DNA of 35,734 nt from a virus (lineage: Duplodnaviria > Caudoviricetes), in IMG/VR virus record IMGVR_UViG_3300012952_000052, positions 1 through 35,734 of that record; one strand, given 5' to 3'. The translations under genes were made by a program, and so were the position numbers. Within the stretch, counting starts at the first letter, position 1. Every line of letters begins with the position of its first letter. The notes below the pieces were generated by a model. The model was given only the letters and a program-made list of their open reading frames with translations. It searched no databases and had not been told where the DNA came from. This document shows, in pieces, positions 1 through 8,064 of this stretch.

Positions 1-1749
1 ATTAAGTATTTTTCAGAATGGTTGACGGATCAAATTCTATCTAAAGATGAGGCAGAAATGCCGCTTCCCAATTTTCTGAATGCTTTTTTCAACCTGTTGA
101 TCCGGAACTTTCTTAATGACGATTCGTGCTTTAAGAATCCGGCTACGCAGAAGATTCGAATGAATCAAACCGTGGTATCGAGTTATTGTGATTACCAATT
201 AAAAGTTGACCAATCTTCTAATTTCTTAGGAGGTCAGGCTCTTCTCGCTCAAGGAGAACATCCCGTAGATAGCCTTACTTTAGCAACATATGCGTCGAAT
301 ATCGCCATGCAAGATAACGAGGTTGCCAGCTTTTATAGCAACACGATCAGGACCATGCATGCCGCCGCGGGTACCCGCGGCGTCGGAGGGAGTGATGACG
401 CGGAGTCCGCACTGGAATGGGACATGTTCGCAGAAACTCGCGATTTTCAAATGGACGCTAATATGTCCCGAGTCCGTCATTTCAAGCCTCTGACGATCGC
501 TGCAGGCGCCCGCTATCCTGTATTTGTAGGAAATGAGGGAAGTGGCGTAGGAAATCCATTGTTGTCGATTTCAGGGCACAATAGTCGCGGCGGGCAGGGC
601 GGTGGACGTGGTGACCGTCACCAGCAGCCACAAGGCGCCCAACGCCGCGGGATGTCAGCAGTGCAAGCATTACAATGGACAATGGCTCGAAATGCCTATT
701 ATGTACAACCCGACCTGACACCACCGGAAGGATCCACGAACCCCGCCGCCCGGGGCAGATATGTAGATGTTTTTGGAAATACAGTGTATACTGACATCCC
801 GGGCTATCGCCGATCCGTGGTTCCCTATAATCCCGGTGATCTGAGTCCGCTACCTGGCTCAGCGTGGGTCAATCCTGACGATTCGGTCGGCAACTGGGGC
901 CGCCGCGGCGGAAGTGGTACTTGGAATCTGAACGCTCATGAGGGCACCGACGTGGCCACTCCACAATATTACTCCGAAGATATTCTTTACACCATGGCCA
1001 CACAAAATCCTACTTTGCACGATACCACTTATAATTTTCTTATTTTTTGCGCCGGTCGTGCCGCACCCTTACGAGAACTACAAGAAACTGTTACAGCCGA
1101 TCGGCAAAGCTTAAAGGGAAACTCAGCATGGCATAGGATTAAACGCGCACACCACAGATATCGAATTCCTCATTATACGTTAGGTCGCCAACGTGGGGTT
1201 GTAAAGGAAATTAAGCTCACTAAAACCAATTCTCCGGGTCTTCAAGAAGTGCGTTTTGAACAAGACGGTTATGATGGATTGCGACAATTGCGTGAAGTTT
1301 ATGATGTTGAAGTGACGATGTTGTGCAATCCAAAGCTCTATCCCGGTACCTACATATATATTGATCCGGATGGGTTTTTCCCGGCACGCGAATTAGGACG
1401 TTCAACTGTGATTAACAGCTCTGGCCAAGCGATTGTGCGCGAATATAACCTCAGTCAGTTTGGAATTGGGGGATACTATATGGTAATCCGTTCGGAGAAT
1501 AAACTATCCGATGGTACCCTGTTGACAACTGCCACTGCCAAATGGGTCGCCTCTATCGATCCTCCTTCGGATAATCCTGCGCCGAGCGCCGAACAGGATT
1601 CGGGTGAGATGACTACAAGCGAACATGCTTTATGCGCCCGCGCCCGTAGATCAGAGTTGTTAAAGATTATGAACTTAGAAGAGATCAGCGCGGCTGCAGA
1701 GGCGCCAGATCTTAATACTCCGGCGATGGAAGTGACAGAAGGAGGTTAA
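1..1749 (+). CDS. 5'-truncated large structural protein, probable baseplate hub/tail protein (gp27/gpD-like C-terminus)
   Basis: Frame 1 is open from base 1 (IKYFSEWLTD...), so the gene starts upstream of the window. The C-terminal pattern EVTMLCNPKLYPGTYIYID...GIGGYYMVIRSENKL...TTATAKW resembles the 'GnP.l.pG..i.i...G.Y.v..v.h' end of phage hub proteins. Confidence 0.55.
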   Translation: MKYFSEWLTDQILSKDEAEMPLPNFLNAFFNLLIRNFLNDDSCFKNPATQKIRMNQTVVSSYCDYQLKVDQSSNFLGGQALLAQGEHPVDSLTLATYASNIAMQDNEVASFYSNTIRTMHAAAGTRGVGGSDDAESALEWDMFAETRDFQMDANMSRVRHFKPLTIAAGARYPVFVGNEGSGVGNPLLSISGHNSRGGQGGGRGDRHQQPQGAQRRGMSAVQALQWTMARNAYYVQPDLTPPEGSTNPAARGRYVDVFGNTVYTDIPGYRRSVVPYNPGDLSPLPGSAWVNPDDSVGNWGRRGGSGTWNLNAHEGTDVATPQYYSEDILYTMATQNPTLHDTTYNFLIFCAGRAAPLRELQETVTADRQSLKGNSAWHRIKRAHHRYRIPHYTLGRQRGVVKEIKLTKTNSPGLQEVRFEQDGYDGLRQLREVYDVEVTMLCNPKLYPGTYIYIDPDGFFPARELGRSTVINSSGQAIVREYNLSQFGIGGYYMVIRSENKLSDGTLLTTATAKWVASIDPPSDNPAPSAEQDSGEMTTSEHALCARARRSELLKIMNLEEISAAAEAPDLNTPAMEVTEGG

Positions 1750-1751
1750 AG

Positions 1752-3032
1752 ATGTCTATATTTTTAGTAGGAGATGAAGCCGAGTCCGCGCGAGACTTGT
1801 TCTATAAACGCAGCGCATATACTCTTATCACACAAGCACCTCAGAACAGTCCGGTGACCGATTTCTATATAGCAGAAAAGCAATTGTATGGCAAAGTAGA
1901 TTTCGATTATATTCCTATTCTGCTCAAAAAGCACAGTGATGCGGCTCTGTTTACTCACCAGCGCTCACTCAGTACTCAATATACGAGCAATCCTATTGAG
2001 CCCCCTGTTCTTCCTGTATATGTGGCGGATGCATTCGAGGGTCTTGGTCGGGCATTCGAAAAGGCCAGTTTCACGGGACAGGTCCCCTCGGGACACCAAT
2101 ATTTAAGCACTATCAAGGTGTATGCAGCTTATTCTGATTTTCGGCTCAGATATGACGAATATTTACGCAATTATATTCAAGCCATTGCCGGCGAAATACG
2201 TCAAATGCAACTTCCTGTTGAAAATATCACTCAACTCGTTGAATACTATGAAATCATGCTGATGCCCGCGCTTTCCAAAGAAAATCCTCTCACTTTATCT
2301 AGCTTCATTAAAGGAACACAGTGTTCGCGCTTACATACTGGGCTAGCACTTGAGATCGCTGATTTAGGTGTGGGGAATGATCAAGAAAAGGTGAAGCATT
2401 TTTTTAATGCACCTGCCTGGGAATTTTATGTTAATGCCGCCCGGGCCCATGGCTTTATGATCGATCGTCATGTTCCGTGGCGACTGGTAGCTGATATTGG
2501 ATCTCAATCAATGTTGCAATATGCCACCAAGTATGGACTGAACACAACTGGTAAAATATTAGATATGGGATATGAAAAAGCATATCATCAAGGATTTATT
2601 AAGTTTATAAACTTTTTCTTGCGCTTGTATGAAAACACTGTTCGCCCTACGGTGGATTTTCAACGGCTTTGTCCCGACGGCAAGATAAGATATGTTTCTC
2701 GACCCACTAAAAAATATAACTTTATTGACGTACTGACAGAGATCTCCGAAGAGCGCCTGCTGCGATTATATTTTCAAGTCCGCATGAACGAGGAAGATCA
2801 TAGTTTTACCGATAGTCAGCAGCATATTCTAATTAACGAGTGTATGGGGCTTTTTGAGATATCTCGTCATCGAGACACTGCATTAGAAGTTTTTGCTAGA
2901 ATTTCTAATAAAACGTTTGACTATGATGGCTCACTGAGTTATATTGTTAAAGTAAGAAAACAAATGCAAGCTGAAACGTTATCAGGCGTCGGTGGAGCAA
3001 TGAGTTCAGATACTGGCGGAGGTGGCTATTGA
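1752..3032 (+). CDS. hypothetical phage protein (426 aa)
   Basis: Long ORF with a GGAGG RBS upstream (about 1741-1745); no recognisable catalytic motif. Confidence 0.8.
   Translation: MSIFLVGDEAESARDLFYKRSAYTLITQAPQNSPVTDFYIAEKQLYGKVDFDYIPILLKKHSDAALFTHQRSLSTQYTSNPIEPPVLPVYVADAFEGLGRAFEKASFTGQVPSGHQYLSTIKVYAAYSDFRLRYDEYLRNYIQAIAGEIRQMQLPVENITQLVEYYEIMLMPALSKENPLTLSSFIKGTQCSRLHTGLALEIADLGVGNDQEKVKHFFNAPAWEFYVNAARAHGFMIDRHVPWRLVADIGSQSMLQYATKYGLNTTGKILDMGYEKAYHQGFIKFINFFLRLYENTVRPTVDFQRLCPDGKIRYVSRPTKKYNFIDVLTEISEERLLRLYFQVRMNEEDHSFTDSQQHILINECMGLFEISRHRDTALEVFARISNKTFDYDGSLSYIVKVRKQMQAETLSGVGGAMSSDTGGGGY
2917..2945 (+). promoter_or_regulatory. sigma70-type promoter TTGACT-17-TATATT upstream of the mini-PolA gene
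   Basis: -35 at 2917-2922, -10 at 2940-2945, 17-nt spacer, inside the 3' end of the preceding gene. Confidence 0.6.
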
Positions 3033-4225
3033 TTTTCCAAACAATCGATGATAAAAGCGAATGTATCGGAATATACGCGGAAGGCAAACTACATTATGAA
3101 AATTTTCCAACTGATTTAACGCGCACATGGCGCTACACGGGCTCTCTTGATAAAGAGGATATAGAATATGGGTGGTTATGGGGAAATGGGCTCACGTTAG
3201 AACAAGCGTGCCCCGAAGATTTGGCCGAAGCCTACAAAAAGTCCCAAAAACGTCTGCAGGCGTATCTAAAATCCTTTCAGTTAGGCAAGATTAACATGCG
3301 AGAGCATTGTATTTTTGATTTAGTGCCGGAAGACTTCCTCATGGAATTCTGCGATATCAAAAATAGAATCACTCAACATGTGTTTGAAACATATGAAAAG
3401 CCTGAGAGCTATGAACACTTGTCGGCCATTGATCGCTTATTGTACAAGATTAAATACCAAGAGCTAAATCTTAATAATGAAAACTGTAGGGAATTGTACT
3501 ATTCTTCCCGTTCCCGTGCAAAAGCGACGGAGTTAATAAACAACTATCGCTATGTGGATTACAATCTATTTGGCACCGTCACAGGGCGCCTCACCACACG
3601 CAAAAAGTCTTTTCCTATCCTTACCGTCAAAAAAGAATTTCGGAAGCTCTTAAAGCCAAATAACGAATGGTTCTTGTCATTGGACTATAATGCCGCGGAA
3701 GCTCGCACTTTCTTGGCGTTAGCAGGGCACTCGCAGCCTAATGAAGATATTCATGCATGGAATATGAAAAATGTTTATCATGATAGCGGTGAAACAGCAA
3801 CACGCGAAGATGCCAAAGTTAGATTTTTTGCATGGCTTTATGATCCTAACTCCGATGATGTAAGTATTGAGAATGTCTATGACAAACAAAAAGTACTTGA
3901 CCTTTATTACAAAGAAGGATATATTAATACAACCTTTGGGCGTTCGATTCGCGTCGATCCTCCGAAAGCGTTGAATTACTTGATTCAGAGCACTACAGCT
4001 GATCTGGTGCTGGAGAGGGCGGTAGCGATGGATAAGTTTTTAGAAAATCATAAATCGTTCGTTTCTCATATTGTTCACGATGAGATTGTGGTTGATTTGG
4101 CTGACGACGAGCGAGATCTGGTGCCACATCTTAAAGAGCTATTTAGTGCTAATAAGCTCGATCAATTTCAAGTTAACTTATCGTGTGGCTTTAATTATTA
4201 CGATCTGAAAGAGTTAAAGATATGA
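3029..4225 (+). CDS. polA: minimal family A DNA polymerase (palm/fingers only, thumb largely deleted)
   Basis: Motifs TVTGRLTT, motif A LSLDYNAAEAR, motif B REDAKVRFFAWLY, ALNYLIQSTTADL and motif C IVHDEIVV; only 398 aa. Confidence 0.85.
   Translation: MIFQTIDDKSECIGIYAEGKLHYENFPTDLTRTWRYTGSLDKEDIEYGWLWGNGLTLEQACPEDLAEAYKKSQKRLQAYLKSFQLGKINMREHCIFDLVPEDFLMEFCDIKNRITQHVFETYEKPESYEHLSAIDRLLYKIKYQELNLNNENCRELYYSSRSRAKATELINNYRYVDYNLFGTVTGRLTTRKKSFPILTVKKEFRKLLKPNNEWFLSLDYNAAEARTFLALAGHSQPNEDIHAWNMKNVYHDSGETATREDAKVRFFAWLYDPNSDDVSIENVYDKQKVLDLYYKEGYINTTFGRSIRVDPPKALNYLIQSTTADLVLERAVAMDKFLENHKSFVSHIVHDEIVVDLADDERDLVPHLKELFSANKLDQFQVNLSCGFNYYDLKELKI
3897..3925 (+). promoter_or_regulatory. internal sigma70-type promoter TTGACC-17-TATATT within polA
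   Basis: -35 at 3897-3902, -10 at 3920-3925; lies about 300 nt upstream of the tubulin-like gene. Confidence 0.45.
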
Positions 4226-5085
4226 TTTCAATTGTAGGACTCGGCACTGCCGCCTCGGCGATCGCCGCTAAATTCGAAGGGATCTCCAATTATCAGGTTT
4301 ATTATCTTAATGATAAAATCGAGAAGACCCACAAGTATAACTTTAAATTAGAGAAGTATGATACGCCAGAAGAATACGAACAACACATACCAGACGTGAG
4401 GAAGACTTTCAAGTCGCTCACCGAACGCGTTCAATTCTTTGTGACCGGTGCCTCCATGAGTTCAAATTATTGTTTAGGTATTTTGGAGCAAATTAAAGAT
4501 AAAGAAATTGATGTATTTTATATCAAGCCTGATACGGAATTGTTAACGGGCCTTCCCAAGTTAATGGAAAACATGGTTTTTGGAGTCCTGCAAGAATATG
4601 CACGCTCTGGGCTTCTGCGTTCGGTTACGTTGGTTTCTAACGCAAATTTAGAGAACACGCTGACCGAAATTCCAATTAAGACTTACTACGATACACTTAA
4701 TACTTCGATCTTTTCTACGGTCCACTATCTAAATTATTTTGAATTCACAGAGCCCGAAATCGGGCAAGTGTCCCGACCATCAGAAATTAATCGCATTCGT
4801 ACGATTGGAATGTTGAATATCAAAAATCTTGAAGAAAAATGGCTTTTTGATCTTGACATGGAACGCGACCTGTGTTATTATATATGTATAAATGAGAACA
4901 GATTAGCAACCGAGGGTGGTTTGCATCGGAGAATCGTCGACATGTTGAAGAAAAAGCCAAAGAATGCATTTCGACGGATTTCGTACGCAATCTATGAAAC
5001 CCCACTAGAAGACTTTGGGTTTTGCGTTGCCCACACTAACGCAGTACAAACACAAAAAACTCTTGACTCTTTAGAGACAGAGTGA
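4222..5085 (+). CDS. divergent tubulin/FtsZ-superfamily protein (PhuZ/TubZ-like) with a degenerate signature motif
   Basis: N-terminal ISIVGLGTAASAIA resembles the T1 loop. VQFFVTGASMSSN sits at the GGGTGS/TG position, followed by DVFYIKP and SVTLVSNANL (cf. LIVIdNd.L) and YYDTLN. Confidence 0.65.
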   Translation: MISIVGLGTAASAIAAKFEGISNYQVYYLNDKIEKTHKYNFKLEKYDTPEEYEQHIPDVRKTFKSLTERVQFFVTGASMSSNYCLGILEQIKDKEIDVFYIKPDTELLTGLPKLMENMVFGVLQEYARSGLLRSVTLVSNANLENTLTEIPIKTYYDTLNTSIFSTVHYLNYFEFTEPEIGQVSRPSEINRIRTIGMLNIKNLEEKWLFDLDMERDLCYYICINENRLATEGGLHRRIVDMLKKKPKNAFRRISYAIYETPLEDFGFCVAHTNAVQTQKTLDSLETE

Positions 5086-5091
5086 TATACT
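5063..5091 (+). promoter_or_regulatory. sigma70-type promoter TTGACT-17-TATACT with extended -10 (TG) for the SSB gene
   Basis: -35 at 5063-5068, TG at 5083-5084, -10 at 5086-5091; AAGGAG RBS follows. Confidence 0.75.
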
Positions 5092-5117
5092 TTATTCACA
5101 AAAGGAGAAATTGAATA

Positions 5118-5885
5118 ATGTCAATTGATATGGAGCTTATGCGTCGCAAGCTCGCAACTTTGCGCGGCGAAACTAAGAGTGACTCAACATCGGTATGGTT
5201 TAGGCCAGACGAGGGAGACACTGATATTCGGATCATTCCCACTAATGACGGAGATCCACTGAAGGAAATGTTCTTTCACTATAATGTTGGAGATCATAAG
5301 GGCGGTGTCCTGTGTCCCAAGCGCAATTATGGTGAGCATTGTCCTATCTGCGAATTCGCTTCCTCGCTATGGCGAGAAGGAAGTGATAACAACGACGAGG
5401 AGAGCAAGAAGCTAGCAAAGTCACTCTTTGTGCGCACCCGCTATTTCAGCCCCGTAGTTGTACGTGGACGAGAAGACGAAGGGATTAAGGTATACGGCTA
5501 CGGTAAGACCGCATACGAACTCCTTCTCGGCTACATCCTTGATCCCGAGTACGGTGATATTACGGATGTAAAGGAGGGTACTGACATTACTCTCACTTAC
5601 ACCAAGCCCACCAAGCCGGGAGCATACCCCCAAACAAGTCTGAAGATGCGTCGAAACACCTCTCCTCTATTGAGTGATGTGGAAGCGACACCCGCCCTCC
5701 TTGATCGCATGCCAGAGTTTGATACGCTCTTTGAGCGTTTGAGTTCTGCGCAAGTCGACGCAATTCTTGATGAGCAACTGGCCGGCGATGGTAGTGCCGA
5801 GAGCCGATCATCGGAAACCACTAAGTATGCTGGCACGCAAACTAGTGAAGTAGACCGCGCCTTCGATGAACTGATGAGCGGTTAG
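5118..5885 (+). CDS. single-stranded DNA-binding protein, T4 gp32-like
   Basis: WFRPDEG..IRIIP, Zn-binding H...CP...CPICE, VKVYGYGK-like segment, DITD..EG.D, acidic C-terminal tail ending AFDELMSG. Confidence 0.9.
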   Translation: MSIDMELMRRKLATLRGETKSDSTSVWFRPDEGDTDIRIIPTNDGDPLKEMFFHYNVGDHKGGVLCPKRNYGEHCPICEFASSLWREGSDNNDEESKKLAKSLFVRTRYFSPVVVRGREDEGIKVYGYGKTAYELLLGYILDPEYGDITDVKEGTDITLTYTKPTKPGAYPQTSLKMRRNTSPLLSDVEATPALLDRMPEFDTLFERLSSAQVDAILDEQLAGDGSAESRSSETTKYAGTQTSEVDRAFDELMSG

Positions 5886-5898
5886 GACCCGGACTTGG

Positions 5899-5934
5899 CC
5901 CGCTGGCAGACCGGGAAAAGTCTGCCACATTTTT
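5899..5934 (+). terminator. stem-loop/pseudoknot with a short U tract downstream of the SSB gene
   Basis: TGGCAGAC (5904-5911) pairs with GTCTGCCA (5920-5927), followed by CATTTTT. Loop CGGG can also pair with CCCG at 5899-5902. Confidence 0.65.
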
Positions 5935-5944
5935 AATTAGTTGC

Positions 5945-5973
5945 TTGACAATACAAAAAGCATTTGATATAAT
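5945..5973 (+). promoter_or_regulatory. perfect-consensus sigma70 promoter TTGACA-17-TATAAT
   Basis: -35 at 5945-5950, -10 at 5968-5973. Confidence 0.9.
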
Positions 5974-6070
5974 AAGAATATCTTCTCAACAGAAGATGAG
6001 TACCAAATCTCTATTGCTACGGCCCGGAGATTTTAGACATAAACACGCGATTCGCGAAAAGGAGAAATAA

Positions 6071-7180
6071 ATGTCGACCCAACTCAAAACAGTCCCCCAA
6101 CAGGCTTATATTGTTGGAACAACCATCCGACCAGGGTTCAATGGTCAGGGAACTATCGATCTAAACGATTATGCAGGAATGGTGCCACCCACGTTTGAAG
6201 GTTGCACTTTTTCTCACTTTACGTTTCTTGATTTGACTACGGTTAATATCGATACTGAAAGCTTTGCTAACCTTGGAATTCGTGAAGAATTTGAAGGCGA
6301 TGATGGCAATCGTATCGACGAACTTGAAGTCTCTTTTGAGAACAACGGGTTTGAAACCGTTGACTGGCCCCCATCAATTGATAATCTTGGTGGATTCATT
6401 GATGGTCGTGGGCGCACCACAGGTGCTCTCAATCGCAACGAGCGATGGATTCCTGTCGCGGTTTATGACCGTGATGATTTTTCGGTTTCAAGCACTGTTA
6501 CCAACGGAATCAAGGGCAACCTCGGAGGACGCCCACAGCGTAGTGCTTCGTTTCGTGACATTGTTAATGGAGGAGTTCACTTGGTCAATGAAGGTGAGCT
6601 TAAGCCAACAGTTAGCGATGTTAACAACTGGTTGAAGAAGCGTCTTGAATTGTGGAGATTCTTCAAGGCTGATTTGATCACGAAAATGCAGCAAGCTATT
6701 GTTGAAGAAAGCACGCGTGATGAATCGTTGATTCTGCGCAAGAAGACTAGTTCGTGGCACGCGTGGATTAAGCGCAACCTTGGACTTGACGAGAAGGCTG
6801 GTGATTACGTATTGGTAAATGCGTCTTCATCCTCGTATCAGACGTATATTCAACGTCTGTGGTGTGAGAGCATCCTTCCGGCTATCATCGACGGTTCGGA
6901 TCCGGTAGATGTGATCTTTTATACTAGTCACTATCGACCTTCAAAGGCTCGGGATGGACTGCAAAAGTCCATTGAAAAGCTGGACCAACTGTACGACATG
7001 TCATTTAGTCTTGTCAAGAGTCACCTCAAGAGTTCGGGTATCGATCTCGATGCAGTCTTGGCTGCAACAGGTACTCAACTTAACAGTGATAAGCCTTTCA
7101 ATATCATTGGAGCATGTCCGCAGATTGTTAGCGATCACGAATTTGAAAGCGGCAAGTTGATTGATGTGACTAGCTACTGA
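6071..7180 (+). CDS. hypothetical protein with a probable ParB/Srx-like N-terminal domain
   Basis: IDELEVSFENNGF...WPPSI...FIDGRGRTTGAL...WIPVAVY resembles the ParB-N pattern 'L..SI...G...P.....iDG..R..A......iP..v'; AAGGAG RBS. Confidence 0.55.
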   Translation: MSTQLKTVPQQAYIVGTTIRPGFNGQGTIDLNDYAGMVPPTFEGCTFSHFTFLDLTTVNIDTESFANLGIREEFEGDDGNRIDELEVSFENNGFETVDWPPSIDNLGGFIDGRGRTTGALNRNERWIPVAVYDRDDFSVSSTVTNGIKGNLGGRPQRSASFRDIVNGGVHLVNEGELKPTVSDVNNWLKKRLELWRFFKADLITKMQQAIVEESTRDESLILRKKTSSWHAWIKRNLGLDEKAGDYVLVNASSSSYQTYIQRLWCESILPAIIDGSDPVDVIFYTSHYRPSKARDGLQKSIEKLDQLYDMSFSLVKSHLKSSGIDLDAVLAATGTQLNSDKPFNIIGACPQIVSDHEFESGKLIDVTSY

Positions 7181-8064
7181 TGAAGACTCCGTTACGATAT
7201 CCCGGCGGCAAAAGTCGTGCTGTGAATACGTTAATGGACTACATCCCTGATGATTGTGGGGAGCTTTGCTCCCCCTTTCTCGGGGGTGGTTCGTTTGAGC
7301 TAGCTTTGGCAGCGAAGGGTGTAAAGATACACGGATACGATGCCTTTAAGCCAATCGTATGGTTCTGGCAGGCACTACTAAAAAACCCTGCGAGATTAGC
7401 TCAATTGGCCGATGCGACCAAGACCCGAAGACCGCGCAAATACGTATATCAAGGTAAAGAATATAAAGCACGAGGCTTGCTAAAGAAAGACTTTGAGCGA
7501 TTCCGTGACGAAATCCGGTTTGCGCTGAAGATGAAGCATCCCTTCACTTTTGAATCGGCTGCTAAAGTATATGCCATTAATCGGAGTAGTTTTTCGGGAG
7601 CTACATTTGCCGGGGGCTTTTCCGAGAGAGCTTCTTATGCGCGATTCACAGATAATCAAATTGAAGCAATTAGAAACTTTAAGGTAGATAATTTTACGGT
7701 AAAACATGCTGATTTTAAAGACTCAATGAAAAAGCATGATTGTCATTTCTACCTTGATCCTCCCTACTTCTTGTCTGGCGCAAGAAACAAATTGTATGGA
7801 GACGAGGGCGATATGCATGAGTTTTTCCCTCATTTGGCGTTATTCTCCGAATTACGAAAAAGAGAGAACTGGGTTTTATCGTACAATGACTGTCCCGAGA
7901 TTAGAGAACTCTATCGCGACTATAAGATTCATAAGGCCCAGTGGACTTACGGAATGAACAAATCAAAAGAATCGTCAGAAATTATTATTACCAACTTGCC
8001 TGAGCGCAAACACTATGTTATACTAAATGAAACCAAAGGAGTAAACAATGGCACGCAAAGCTAA
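7180..8064 (+). CDS. dam: D12-class N6-adenine DNA methyltransferase (Dam-like)
   Basis: PLRYPGGKSR, motif I PFLGGGS, NRSSFSG, catalytic YLDPPY, WVLSYND, EIIITN. Confidence 0.9.
   Translation: MKTPLRYPGGKSRAVNTLMDYIPDDCGELCSPFLGGGSFELALAAKGVKIHGYDAFKPIVWFWQALLKNPARLAQLADATKTRRPRKYVYQGKEYKARGLLKKDFERFRDEIRFALKMKHPFTFESAAKVYAINRSSFSGATFAGGFSERASYARFTDNQIEAIRNFKVDNFTVKHADFKDSMKKHDCHFYLDPPYFLSGARNKLYGDEGDMHEFFPHLALFSELRKRENWVLSYNDCPEIRELYRDYKIHKAQWTYGMNKSKESSEIIITNLPERKHYVILNETKGVNNGTQS
7996..8024 (+). promoter_or_regulatory. sigma70-type promoter TTGCCT-17-TATACT (extended -10) for recA
   Basis: -35 at 7996-8001, TG at 8016-8017, -10 at 8019-8024, inside the dam 3' end. Confidence 0.65.

Noticed and set aside
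4222-5085. Nucleus-forming (chimallin) phage inferred from the tubulin-like gene
   Set aside because: No chimallin or multisubunit RNAP gene is seen in the window, the replication genes are T4/DnaE-type with sigma70 promoters, and the tubulin signature is degenerate.
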